The notes under the pieces were generated by a model, which worked only from the letters and a program-made list of their open reading frames with translations, searched no databases and had not been told where the DNA came from. Below are positions 31,241-44,289 of a stretch of 64,000 bases of DNA, one piece after another (position 1 is the stretch's first letter; each line of letters begins with the position of its first letter). This stretch comes from the human T2T-CHM13v2.0 reference genome, Homo sapiens. The stretch is from NCBI RefSeq assembly GCF_009914755.1, contig NC_060926.1; one strand, 5' to 3'. The position numbers and the translations under genes are program-made.

Positions 31241-31674
31241 TTATCCATTATTCCACAAATATACAAACTATCCATGATTCCCCCAGTTTTGTTCATTTTG
31301 CTTAGGATAGCTGTGGTTACTTTGGGTCTTTTGTGGTTCTATATAAGTTTTAGGATTTTTTTCCCCATTTCAGTGAGAAATGTCATTGGTATTTTGATAG
31401 GGATTGCATTGAATCTGCACATTGCTTCGGGTAGTATGGACACTTTAACAATATTGATTCTTCCAATTTATGAACATGGAATATCTTTCTATTTTTTGTG
31501 TGTCCTGTTCAATTTCTTTCATCATTGTTGATAGTTTTCACTGTAGAGATGTTTTACTTCTTTGGTTTATTCCTAGGTATTTAATTTTATTTGTGACTAT
31601 TGTACTGGGATTACTTTTTAAAATTTCTTTTTCAGATTGTTCATTGTTGGCATATAGAAATGCTACTAATTTTT

Positions 31675-31970
31675 ACCATTTTTTATTTTTTTGAGACAGA
31701 GTCTCACTCTGTCACCCAGGCTAGAGTGCAGTGGCATGATCTAAGCTCACTGTAACCTCCATCTCCTAGGTTCATATGATTCTTGTGCCTCAGCCTACTG
31801 AGTAGCTGGGATTACAGACATATGCCACCACACCCAGTTAATTTTTGTATTTTTAGTAGATATGGGGTTTCACTATGTTGACTAGGCTAGTCTTGAACTC
31901 CTGGCCTCAAGTGATCTGCCCACCTCAGCCTCCCCAAGTGTTGGGATTACAGGCGTGGGATTACCTGGCA
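31675..31970 (-). mobile_element. AluJb/Sz-like inserted in L1MA
   Basis: Antisense Alu; TSD CTACTAATTTTT (31663-31674) / CTACTGATTTTT (31971-31982). Confidence 0.92.
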
Positions 31971-33234
31971 CTACTGATTTTTGTATGTCGATTTTGTATC
32001 CTGCAACTTTACTGAATTTATCAGTTCTAATAGTTTTTTGGTGGAGTCTTTAGGTTTTTTTCCAAATATAAGATCATATTATTTGCAAACAAGTATAATT
32101 TGACTTCTTCCTTTCCAATTCGGATGCCCTTCATTTCTTTCTCTTGTCTAATTGCTCTAGCTAGGACATCCAGTATTACGTTGAAGAACAGTGGTTAAAG
32201 TGGGCATCTTTGTCATGTTCCAGATCTGAGGAGAGGCTTTCAGTTTTTCCTCCTTCAGTATCATACTAACTGTGGGTTTGTTGTACATGGCTTTTATTAT
32301 GTTATGTTCCTTCTATACCCAGTTTTTTTTTGAGAGTTTTTATCCTGAAGGGAAGCTGAGCTTTATCAAATGTTTTTCAACATCAATTGAAATGATCATA
32401 TGGTTATTATTCTTGATTCTGTTTTTATGATATATCATATTGATTGAGTTGTGTATGTTGAATCATCCTTGCTTCACAGGGATAAGGCCCACTTGGTCGT
32501 GATGAATAATCTTTTTAATGTGTTGTTGAATTTGGTTTGCTATTATTTTGTTGAGGATTTTTGCATAAATATTAATCAGAGATATTGGCCTGTAGTTTTC
32601 TTTCTTTGGTGTTTCTTTGTCTGGTTTTGGTATCAGGGAAATACTGGCCCTATACAATGAGTTTGGAAATATTTCCACCTCAGTTTTTTGGAAAAGTTTG
32701 AGTAGAATTGGTATTAGTTCTTCTTTAAGTCTTAGTAGAATTCAGTAGTGAAGCCATTAGGTCCCAGGCTTTTCTTTACTAGGAGACTCTTTATTATGGC
32801 TTCAATCTCATTGCTTGTTATTGGTCTGTTCAGGTTTTGGATTTCTTCCTGGTTCAATCTTGGTAGGTTGTATGTGTCTAGGAATTTATCCATTTCTTCT
32901 ATTTTTTTCCAATTTGTTGGCATATAGTTGCTCATAGTAGCCACTAATGAGCCTTTGAATTTCTGCAGTATCAGTTGTAATGTCTCTTTTTTCATATCTG
33001 GTTTCTTTTAAAATTTGGGTCTTCTCTCATTTTTTCTTGGTCTAAGGGTTTGGCAATTCTGTGTATCTTTCAAAAAAACAACTTTTTGAGTCACTGATCT
33101 TTTATATTGTTTTCTTTATTTCAAATTCATTTATTTCTTTTCTGATCTTTATTATTTCTTTTCTTCTAATTTTGGGTTCAGTTTACTCTTGCTTTTCTAA
33201 TTCTTTAAGATGCATTATTAGGTTATTTATTTAC

Positions 33235-33549
33235 TTTTTTTTCTCTTTTTCTTTTTTCTTTTTTTTTTTTTTTTTGAGATGGAGTCTCGCTCTGTCACCC
33301 AGGCTGGAGTGTAGTGGCGCGATCTCAGCTCACTGCCTCCTGAGTTCAAGCCATTCTCCTGCCTCAGCCTCCTGAGTAGCTGGGACTACAGGCCCCTGCA
33401 ACCACTCCCGGCTAATTTTTTTTGTATTTTCAGTAGAGACGGGGTTTCACCATGTTAGCCAGGATAGTCTTGATCTCCTGACCTCGTGATCCACCCGCCT
33501 CGGCCTCCCAAAGTGCTGGGATTACAGGCATGAGCCACTGTGCCCGGCC
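33235..33549 (-). mobile_element. AluY/Sc-like inserted in L1MA, followed by (TTTTC)n
   Basis: Antisense Alu with GTTAGCCAGGAT and ACCTCGTGATCC, small internal deletion; (TTTTC)n at ~33550-33584. Confidence 0.92.
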
Positions 33550-36011
33550 TTTTCTTTTCTTTTCTTTTCTTTTCTTTTCTTTTCTGATGCAGGCACTTAT
33601 AAATTTTCCCCTTAGTACTGCTTTTGCTATATCTCATAGGTTTTGGGTTGTTGTGTTTATATTATCATTTGTTTCAAAAAATTGTTTCAATTTCTTTCTT
33701 AATTTCTTTATTGACCCACTGATCATTCAGGAGCACACTGTTTAATTTCCATGTATTTGGATAGTTTCCAAAATTCTTCTTGTTATTGATTTCTAGTTTT
33801 ATTCCATTGTGGTCAGAGAAGATGCTTGATATTATTTCAATTTTTTGAATGTTTTAAGACTTGCTTTGTGACCTAGCATATAGTCTATCCTTGAGAAATA
33901 TCCGTGTGCTTAGAAGAAAAATGTGAATTCTGCAGTCATTCAATGAAATGTTCTGTAAATATCTATTAGGTCCATTTGCTCTATAGTGCTAATTAAGTCC
34001 AATGTTTCTTTGTTGATTTTCTGTCTGGGAGATCTATCCAATGCTGAAAGTGGCATGTTGAATCTCCAGCTATTATTGTATTGGAGTGTATTTCTCTTTT
34101 TAGCTGTAATAATATTTGCTTTATATATCCGGGTGCTCCAGTGTTGGGTGTATGTATATTTATAATCATTATATCCTCTTGCTGAATTGACCCCTTGGTC
34201 ATTACATAATGATCTTCTTTGTCTCTTTTTATAGTTTTTGTCTTGAAATCTATTTTGTCTGATATAAGCATAGCTATGGTTTCCACTGGTATGAAATATC
34301 TTTTTCGTTCCCTTTATTTTCAGTTTATGTGTATCTTTATAGGTGAAGTGTGTTTCTCATAGGCAACAGATCATTGGGTTTTGTTTTCTCATTTGTTTAG
34401 CCAGTCTATGTCTTTTGATTGGAGAGTTTAGTCTGTTTACATTCAATGTTATTATTGATAAGTAAGGACTTACTTTTGCCATTTTGTTACTTGTTTTCTG
34501 GTTGTTTTGTGGTGATCTTCTCTTTTTTTAATTCCTTTCTGTCTTTTAGTGAAGGTGATTTTCTCTGGTGATATAATTTAATTTCTTGCTTTTTATTATT
34601 TGTGTATACATTGCATTTTTTTCAACTGGAGATTATCATGAGGCTTGCAAATACTATCTTATAACACATTATTTTAAATTGATGACAACTTAACATTAAT
34701 TGCATAAATAAACACACAAAAAGAAAACTAGTAAAAATTCTACAGTATGACTTAATCTCCCCCACTTTTTAACTTTTTGTTGTTTCTCTATATGTCTTTT
34801 TATATGGTCTATGTCTTGAAAAGTTGCTGCAGTTATTATTTCTGATTGGTTCATCATTTACTCTTTTTACTTAAGAGTAGTTTACACATCACAATTAAAA
34901 TGTTATACTATTCTGTTTTTCTGTGTGCTTGCTGTTACCAGTAAGGTTTGGACCCTCAGATGATTTCTTCTTGCTCATTAACATACTTTGCTTTCAGATT
35001 GAAGAACTCCCTTTAGCATTTCTTGTATGACAGGTCTGGTATTGATGAAATCCCTCAGCTTTTGTTTGTCTGGGAAGATCTTTATATCACTATGCTTAAG
35101 GACATTTTAGCCAAATATACTATTCTGGGTTAAAGTATTTTCCCTTTAGCACTTTAAATATGCCATGCTGCTCTCTCCTAGCCTGTAAGGTTTCCACTGA
35201 AAAGTCTGATTCCAGATGCATTGGAGCTCCATTGTATGTTATTTATTTATTTTTCTATTGCTGCTTTTAGGATCCTTTCTTTATCCTTGACCTTTAGGAG
35301 TTTGATTACTGAATGTCTTAAGGTAATCTTCTTTCCATTAAATCTGCTTGGTGTTCTATAACCTTCTTGTACTTGAATATTAATATCTTTCTCTAAGTGT
35401 TGAAAGTTCTCTGATATTATTCTTTCGAATACACTTTCTACCCTATCTCTTTCTCTATATTCTTGTTAAGGCTATTAACTCTTAGATTTGTCTTTTTGAG
35501 GTTATTTTCTAGATTCTGTAAGTGTGCTTTATTTTTTTTTTGTCTTCTCTGTGTATTTTCAAATAATCTGTCTTGAAACTCACTAATTCTTTCTTCCTCT
35601 CAATCAATTCTGCTATTAAGAGACTCTGATACATTTTTCATCATGTCAATTGCATTTTTCAGCTCTAGAATTTCTGCTTAATTCTTTTTAATTACTTCAG
35701 TCTTTTTGTTGAATTTAACTGATACAATTCTGAATTCTTTCTCTGTGTTATCTTTAATTTCTTTGAGTTTCCTCAAAATAGTTATTTTGAATTATCTACC
35801 TGAAAGGTCATATATCTCTGTTTCTCCAGGATTTGTCCCTGGTGACTTATTTAGTCCATTTGGTGAGATCATGTTTTCCTGGATGGTGTTGATGTTTACA
35901 GATATTTGTTAGTATCTGGGCATTAAAGAATTAGGTATTTATTGTAGTCTTCACAGTTTGGGCTTGTGTATGCCTGTCCTTCTTGGCAAGGCTTTCCAAG
36001 TATTTGAATGG

Positions 36012-36567
36012 TGTGATGGTTAATACTGAGTGCCAAATGGATTGGATTGAAGGGTGCAAAACGTTGTTCCTGGGTATGTCTGTGAGGGTGTTGCCAAAGG
36101 AGGTTAACATTTGAGTCAACAGACTTGGAGAGGCAGACCCACCACCCATCCTTAATCTAGGTGGGCACTCTCTCTTTGGCTGCCACTACAGCTAGAAAAA
36201 GCATGCAGAAGAAAGTGAAATAAGCAGACTTTCTGAGTCTTCCAGCCTTCATATTTCTCCTGTGCTGGATGCTTCCTGCCCTTGAACATTGGACTTGAAG
36301 TTCTTCAGCTTTTGGACTTTTGGACTTGTATCAGTGGTTTGCCAGGGGCTCTCAGGCCTTTGACCATAGACTGAAGGCTGTACTGTTGTCTTCGCTACTT
36401 TTGAGGTTTCTGGGACCCGGACTGGTTTCCTTGCTCCTCAGCTTGCAGATGACCTATCGTGGGACTTCACCTTGTGAATGTGTGAGTCAGTATTCCTTAA
36501 TAAACTCCCCTTCATATATACATCTGTCCTATTAGTTCTGTCCCTCTAGAGAACACTGAGTAATACA
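36012..36567 (+). mobile_element. MLT2A (A2-like) 5' LTR of HERV-L
   Basis: TGTGATGGTTAATACTGAGTG...AATAAACTCCCC...CTAGAGAACACTGAGTAATACA, followed directly by a PBS-like GATTTTGATACCA. Confidence 0.92.
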
Positions 36568-38480
36568 GATTTTGATACCAGGGTATCAAAATTCTGTTCT
36601 AGAGGAACAGAATTTTAAGGATGGATTCCTTTAGTTGGTTTTGGGGTTTCTGGAGTTGGCTGCTTAATCTGGGACTCTACTTCTAATAGTATGGAGGACA
36701 ACTGATACTATTTGGCATGAACTGTTTAGAGTTATGTAAAATAGATGCATTTGATACTCCCAATTCACAGGCAAGGAGTTTAGTGACTCTATACATAATA
36801 CCTTTAACCATATATGGATAACCAAGGAATATAATGAAGTTGGTTGGTTGCTCCTAAGTTTGCTGGACAAAGCGATGAAAGAAAATGATGAGCTCAGAGA
36901 TTCTAACTCCCAGCTTCAGAACCACATACTGAGCCTCAAATCTTCTAAGATTGCCCTGAGTGAGAGTCTTATCTCCTGTAGACAAAGGGCTGAAATTGTG
37001 GAAAATCGGACACAAGCTCTTATCATGTGAGAAAGGTGCATGCACAAACACACCAGGTGTCTACTGTTAAAGTGAGGATTGATTGCAAAACAATGGGACC
37101 TGAAACTTAGAATGGGGACTTGTGGGAGGACGCTGCTGAGGGTGGAGGCACTGAGCTCCTAAGTTCTGATGAGCCCTTTTGTTGCCAGAGAAAACAGCCT
37201 CTCCATCCCCAGTAGTGGCAACATCACCTTCCCCACCCATGCTGCCATCAGCCTTTCCACCTTTGTGTGAGGAGATTAACCATCCACTGCCCGGGGCAAC
37301 AGTGATGGCCTCCCTTGAGGCAGTTGCCAGGCAAGACAATGCTGATTCTCTTCAGGACCCACCCGCAATACCCCTGTTTGCTTCTAGACCTAAAACTAGA
37401 CTCCAGTCCCAGCAGGCCCCTAGAGATGAGGTTCAGAGTGTGACCCATGACAAGGTGTAATACATTCCAGAAGAACTGCTTGTGTTTTTAAATTTATATA
37501 AGCAGAAATCTGGAGAACAGGCATGGAAATAGATATTATGGCTGTGGGCTAGTGGTGGAAAGAACATAAAGTTGAACCAGGCTTAATTTATTGATTTGGG
37601 CCCACTAAGCAGGGATTCTGCATTTAATGTTGCAGCTCAGGGAGTTAAAAAGGGTTCTAATAGTTTATTTGCTTGGTTAGCTGAAATACGGATCAAAAGA
37701 TGGCCCACTGTAAGTGGGTGTAGCTGCCATAATGGACAGCAGAGACAAAGCAGCAAACACATAGTCTGACTTTTGTAGCGCTCTGGCATTGGCTAATCAC
37801 AGTGTTCCTAGAAGTGAAATTGATAGGAAGCCTACTGCATTCTTACTTAATTTGAATAAGCAGAAAACTTCCAAGTAGAGTGGACAAAAGACTAATTTGA
37901 ATTATATAAAAAGAGAATCATGGCCCCTCAATAAATTTCCAGACTTGAACCAGTTTATAGACCCAGAGCCCCTTGAATGAAGAGGAGGCTGGCTCCCCTT
38001 GAGAAAAAAATCCCACTACACTACTGACAATTATACTGTTAATTTTTCTCTCATCTTTCCTCAATAAGACACTCAGGCTTTTACCAGGGTAACTGCACTG
38101 GGGAAAGGGAAATGGTCAGAACCTCGGGGGACTACAGGACACTGGCTCTGAGCTGATGTTGATTCCAGGGGACCCTAAACGTCATTGTGGTCCTCCAGTT
38201 AAAGTAGGGGCTTATGGAGGTCAGGTAATTAGTGGAGTTTTAGCTCAGGTCTAATTTATAGTGGGTCCAGTGGGTCCCTGGATTCATCCTGTAGTCATTT
38301 CCCTAGTGGCGGAATGCATAATTGGCATAGACATACTTAGCAGCTGGCAGAATCCCCACACTGGCTCTCTCACTAGTAGGGTGAGGGCTGTTATGGTGCA
38401 AAAGGCCAAATGGAAGCCATTAGAGCTGCCTCTACCCAGAAAAATAGTAAATCAAAACCAATATTGCATCTCTTGAGGGA

Positions 38481-39165
38481 TTGCAGTACCATCATTACTT
38501 AAAAGATGCAGGGGTGGTGATTCTCACCACATCCCCAATAAACTCTCCTACTTGGCTTGTGAAGAAGACAGACAGATCTTTGAGAATGACAGTGGATTAT
38601 TGTAAGCTTAACCAAGTGGTGACTCTAATTACAGCTGCTGTACCAGATGTGGTTTCATTGCTTGAGCAAATTAACATATCTCCTGGTAACTGGTATGCAG
38701 CCACTGACTTGGAAAATGCCTTTTTCTCCATTCCTGTCCATAAGGCCCACCAGAATTAATTTGCCTTCAGCTTGCAAGGCCAGCAATGTACCTTCACTGT
38801 GCTACCTCAGGGGTATATCAACTCTCCAGCTTTGTGTCATAATCTTGTTTGCAGAGATCTTGATCACTTTTCCCTTCCACAAGATATCACACTGGTTCAT
38901 TGCATGGATATTAACCTGATTGGACCCAGTGAGCAAGAATTAGTAAATACACTGGACTTACTGGTGAGATATTTGCATGCTAAAGGATAGAAAATTAAAC
39001 CCGACTAAAATTCAGGGATCTTCTACCTCATTGAAATTTCTAGGGATCCATTGGTGTGAGGCCTGTCAAGATATTTGTTCTAAGATGGAGGATAAGTTGC
39101 TGCATTTGGCCCCTTATGCAACCAAGAAGGAGACACAATGCCTAGTGGGCCTATTTGGATTTTAG
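38481..39165 (+). pseudogene. HERV-L reverse transcriptase fragments
   Basis: [43 protein letters not shown]; catalytic YxDD degenerate (HCMDI); multiple stops. Confidence 0.9.
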
Positions 39166-40930
39166 AGGCAACATATTCCTTATTTGGATGTGTTATTCCC
39201 ACCATTTATCCAGTGACCTGAAAGGCTTCCAGCTTTGAGTGGGTTCAAGAACAAGAGAAGGGTCTGCAATAGGTCCAGGCTGATGTGCAAGCTGCTCTTT
39301 CACTTGGGCCATGTGACCCAGCAGATCCAATCGTGCTTGAAGTGTCAGTGGCAGACAGGGATGCTGTTTGGAGCCTTTGGCAGGTCCATATAGGTGAATC
39401 ACAGTGGAGGTCTCTAGAATTTTGGAGCAAGGCCCTCCCATCTTGTGCAGATAACTACTCTCTTTTTGAGAGACAGCTCTTGGCCTGTTACTGGGCTTTG
39501 GTTAAAACTGAATGTTTGACTATGGGTCAAGTCACCATGCGATCTGAACTGCCTATCATGAACTGGGTGCTTTCTCACCCATCTAGCCATGAAGTTGGGT
39601 ATGCATAGCAGCATTCTACTATCAAATGGAAGTGGTATATACATGGTCAGGCTTGAGCAGGCTCTGAAGTCACAAGTAAATTACATGAGGAAGTGGCTGA
39701 AATGCCCATGGTCCCCACTCCTGCCACCCTGCCTTCTTTCCCCCAGCCTGCACCAATGGCATCATGGGAAGTTTCCTATGATCAGTTGACAGAGGAAAAG
39801 AAGACTAGGGTCTGGTTTACAGATGGTTCTGCATGATATGCAAGCACCACCCAAAAGTGGACAGCTGCAGCACTATAGCCCCTTTCTAGGACATCTCTGA
39901 AGGACAGTGGTGAAGAGAAATCTTCCCGGTGGGAAGAACTTTGAGCAGTCCACCTGGTTGTGCACTTTGCATGGAAGGAGAAATGGCCAGAGATGTGATT
40001 AAATACTGATTCATGGGCTGTAGCCACTGGTTTGGATGGATGGCCAGGGACTTGGAAGAAGAATGATTGGAAAATTTGTGACAAAGAAATTTGGGGAAGA
40101 GGTATATGGATGGACCACTTTCAGTGATCACAAACTCTGAAGATATTTGTATATCATGTGAATACTCACCAAAGGGTGACCTCAGCAGAGGAGAATTTTA
40201 ATGATTAAGTGGATAAGATGACTTGTTCTATGGACACCACTCAGTCCCTTTTGCCAACCACCCCTGTCATTGCAGTGGGCCCCTGAACAAAGTGGTCTTG
40301 GCAGCAGGGGTTATGGAGGTTATGCATGGGCTCAGCAACATGGACTTTCACTTACCAAGCCTGACCTGGCTAAGGCCACCACTGAGTGGCCAATTTGCAA
40401 GTAGCAGAGACCAACACTGAGCCCTCAATATGACACAATTCTTTAGGCTGATCAGCCAGCTACTTGGTGGCAGGTTAATTTTATTGGACCTCTTTCATCA
40501 TGTAAAGGGCAGCAGTTTGTCCTCACCAGAATAGACACTTACTCTGCATATCGGTTTGCCTATATTGCACTCAATGCTTCTGCCAAGACTACCATCTGTG
40601 GACTCATGGAATGCCTTATCCACCATCATGGTATTCCACACAGCATTGCTTCTGACCAAGGCACTCACTTTGCAGCTAAAGAAGCATGGCAGTGAGTTCA
40701 TATTCGTGGAATTCACTGGTCTTCCCATGTTCCCTATCATCCTGAAGCAGCTAGATTGATAGAACGGTGGAATGGCCTTTTGAAGTCACAATTACAATGC
40801 CAACTAGGTTACAATATTTTGCAGGGCTGGGGCAAAGTTCTCCAGAAGGCTGTGTATTCCCTGATTCAGCATCCAATATATGGTACCATTTTTTCCCACA
40901 GCCTGAATTCACAGGTCCAGAAATCAAAGG

Positions 40931-41220
40931 GTGGAAGTGGAAGTGGCACCATTCACCGTCACCCCTAGTGACCCACTAGCAACATTTTTGCTGCCTTTTC
41001 CCGCGACATTACATTCTGCTGGCCTAGAGGTCTTAGTTCCAGAAGGAAGAATGCTGCCACCCAGAGACATAACAATGATTCCATTAAACTCAAAGTTAAG
41101 ATTGCCACCTGGCCACTTTGGGCTTCTTCTACCTCTAAGTCAACAGGCTAAGAAGGGAATTACAGTGTTGGCTTGAGTGATTGACCCAGACTATCAAGAT
41201 GAAATCAAGCTACTACTTCA
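40931..41220 (+). pseudogene. HERV-L dUTPase fragment
   Basis: SAGLEVLVP...LRLPPGHFGLL...KKGITVLA*VIDPDYQ downstream of the integrase region, the ERV-L arrangement. Confidence 0.88.
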
Positions 41221-41798
41221 CAATGGAAATAAGCAGTAGTATTTGTGGAATACAGGAGATCCCTTAGGGTGTCTCTTAGTAGTACCATGCCCTGTGATTA
41301 AGGTCAATGGGAAACTATAACAACACAATCCAGGCAGGACTACAAGTGGCTCAGACCCTTCAGGAATGAAGGTTTGGGTCACTCCACCAAGTAAAAAACC
41401 ATGACCCACTGAGGTGCCTGCTGAAGGTAAAGGGAATGCAGAATGGGTGGTAGAAGAAGGTAATCATCAATACCAGCTGTGACCACGTGACCAGTTGCAG
41501 AAACAAGAACTGTAATTGTCATGAGTATTTCCCTCTCATTTTGTTAAGAACATATTTGTGCACGTATACACTTGTACTAAGAAAATATCTTCATTTTATT
41601 TCCTTTCTTTTTCTTTTATTATGTGACATAGATTGATTGACTTTATATAAGCATTTAAGTGTTGTTAACTTTATGTAATAGCATTTAGGTTAAGGATTAG
41701 TGCATTTCCAGTTGTATGAAGGATAGCTGTATTATCTTAGGTATAATTATGACATTATTGTCTTTATTTGAAGATTATGTATTATTTCAGGAGATGTG

Positions 41799-42420
41799 CA
41801 AAAGCACTCTTATAGCCTCTCCAGCTGGTGTTTTGCTAGGTCATGTGTGACCTCAGTTCACTGGCTCTAAGCCCAGCCTTTCACTAGGAGTTTCCTAGGA
41901 ATTGCAGTCCTTGTGTCTTAGACTGCTTTTCAAGTTTACCTAGGACCCCAAAGTACTTCAGCCCATGCTGGCAAGGTTTGCTGAGAAACTCAAATTCTGA
42001 CTGCTGGAATGGGGCAATTCCCCTCTGGCTAGGGCTGGTCCAACTTCTTCCATGCACAGGCACTGGCTGATCCCAGTGTGGCTTTATTCTCTACTGTGAC
42101 AGGACATTACTGAGTTCAATGTAAAGTCCCCCAGTCGCTGAGCTCTCCTTCCCCAAAGGGCACAGATTGTCTTTCTGCACTGCACAGTCATTGTCCAGAG
42201 GTGGGAGAAAGGGCATTGGCAATTCAAGACTGTCTATCTTGCCCTCCTCAATGCCTCTTTTGACAATATGAAGTTAAAACCAGGTACTGTGATTGCTCAC
42301 CTGATTTTGGTTCTTGTGATGTTGCTTTTCTGTGTGGAGGTAGTTGTTAAAATTTGGTGTTTTAGCAGGGGAGAACAATGGTGTAGGCTTCTGTTTTGTC
42401 ATCTTGCTCCATCCTCTCTC
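41799..42420 (-). mobile_element. 5'UTR end of the L1MA/L1M2 element
   Basis: AAGTTAAAACCAGGTACTGTGATTGCTCACCTGATTTTGGTTCT...CATCTTGCTCC is L1M2-type 5' sequence. Confidence 0.75.
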
Positions 42421-43510
42421 CTTGGGTATTTTACATTACAATTTAATTTCCATAGAAATTATAGGGCTGTTCAGACGAGATCGGGCACATTCCGGGTGGT
42501 ATGGCCGTAGGCTATAGGCCTATTCAAATGGTCTATTTCATATTGGTGAGTTGCGATAGTTTTTGTTTTTCAAGGAATTGATCCATTTTGTCTAGCTGTC
42601 AAATTTATTTGTCTAGAGTTGATCACAGTATTTCCCTTTTGATGTCTGCAGGGTCTGCCGTGATATCTCCTGTTTCATTCCTGCATCGTTAGATATTCTG
42701 GCATCTCTGGCATCTTGATGTTATCACGTATGAATTTTTTTTTGTCGTTTAATTTCAGATATTCCTGGTTCTTGCTGTGATGAGTAGTTTTTGATGGAAA
42801 CTTTTCAATCATCAAACAATACATTTTTATATTTTGTTATAAGGTTCTGGATTTTATTTGAGCTTTTGGTTTTAGCTGGCTTTATTTTACTACACTCTGT
42901 TAGAGGAAGGGACACTGCCTCATTACTGCCAGGTGGAGGGACAAGTTCAGACTCTCCAAAAGGTCTGCATGAACACCATGGCAGGGGTGGCTTTTATTCT
43001 GGCTGATAGGGTAAACGTCCTTGCTCCTGCCTTGCCTTCCTTGACATACCTTTGTTATATCCTTCTGTGTGTGGAAGCCTAGACTCCCCATTTGGCCTTT
43101 GCTGGTGGATGTGGAGGTGAGACCACAACTTTTTTTGTAGTGTTTGGCTGGAATAGAGTGGTTATTGTCTAAAATTTTACTATCTGGCTAAGCTACTCTT
43201 TTCCTTCTTATTTGGCTAGAGGATTTTGAATCTTGGAGCTTTTGGTTGTTTTGTCTATGAGTGTTAATATTTCTGGGTTACTGACATTTTCATCTCCAAA
43301 TTTCAGTTATTAAAAAAAAAGAAAAGAAAGGAAAACCCAGGAGACTTTCCACTGTAATGTTCCTTGGATTTTGAGGTCCTTAGGTGGTCTGTCTTATTTT
43401 CTCCATCCTTCAGTGTCTTCTTATGCTTGTTTTATATAAAATATCCAGAGATTTTTGTTGCACTTAGTGAGAAGACTAAGGAAAAATATATGTATTTTAT
43501 CTTTCTGGAA
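42421..43510 (-). mobile_element. Resumption of the old L1MC-like host
   Basis: Degenerate antisense L1 (TTCAAGGAATTGATCCATTT) followed by L1MC-like 5' sequence. Confidence 0.55.
42471..42512 (-). pseudogene. RNA5S: 5S rRNA 5' fragment (nt ~1-42), tailless retropseudogene
   Basis: Reverse complement GCCTACGGCCATACCACCCGGAATGTGCCCGATCTCGTCTGA vs 5S GTCTACGGCCATACCACCCTGAACGCGCCCGATCTCGTCTGA; TSD TATAGGGCTGTTCA (42460-42473) / TATAGGCCTATTCA (42513-42526); no polyA. Confidence 0.93.
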
Positions 43511-44289
43511 GTGTATGTACTCTATGGCAATATACATGAAGTGTTTATCAAATAGGAGCTAAACAAAAATGTGGCAGAATCATTTAATGAAATATTAACT
43601 TGTATTTCTTTTTACTGTATTTCCTTTTTTCCCCTCATTTCTATCGGAAGCTTTTCTTGTCAGACCACTAAGGACCCCACAGCCTTTATATTTATGAACT
43701 GTAGTGTAAAATTCAGGATGGGATCCAGAAAGGTGTTTGTCTGGAAGCTGGAAGATTAACAACAAAGCACCAGACCAAATTATTAGAATGGGGCTTGATT
43801 TGCAGCGTCACATTTTTAAAATCACTAGATTTATTTGGTTAATGGCAGTTGGGGAAAACTGACATAGATTTGACTACTCATTTTTAAAAAAATTACCACC
43901 AAGTTTTCCCCATTCTCCTGTTTTCATGGTTTCTCTTGCCAGCTTTTCTAAAAATTTAGAAATGCTTTTCTGCCTTTTTTTAAATCTTATATGAATATCA
44001 CCTTTGCTGCTGCTAATGAGAAGAGATCCTTTTCTGCTCCAGTATTGTAATTTAAAATTAATTGAGTAAACTGATTAAAGTTATAAAATTATTAGAAACG
44101 TATGAGATAAAGGACAAAATGTACAGGTTGAGTAATAGTGTTTTTTTTTAATGGCTTGTCTTTACTGAAGAGTTTTTTTCAGTAGAACAGATACAATTAT
44201 GCAGGGCATTACTTATGCAAAAATCATATAAGCAGCATTTATTTTTGTGTGTATCTATTCTAATTCAGTATCTGCAATTTAAAAATAAT

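Larger units (their letters stand above)
31270..36010 (-). mobile_element. L1MA/L1M2-type LINE-1 (ORF2 RT-EN and ORF1 region), 3' end missing
   Basis: ORFs 32463-32678 ([11 protein letters not shown]), 32732-32995 and 33993-34286 (EN); interrupted by two Alus and by HERV-L at 36011. Confidence 0.85.
36568..41798 (+). mobile_element. HERV-L internal region (degenerate gag, pro-pol, dUTPase); PPT and 3' LTR absent
   Basis: gag-like ORFs 36848-37030 and 37179-37460; protease-like 38261-38476; RT, RNase H, integrase and dUTPase fragments; no env, as expected for ERV-L. Confidence 0.93.
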
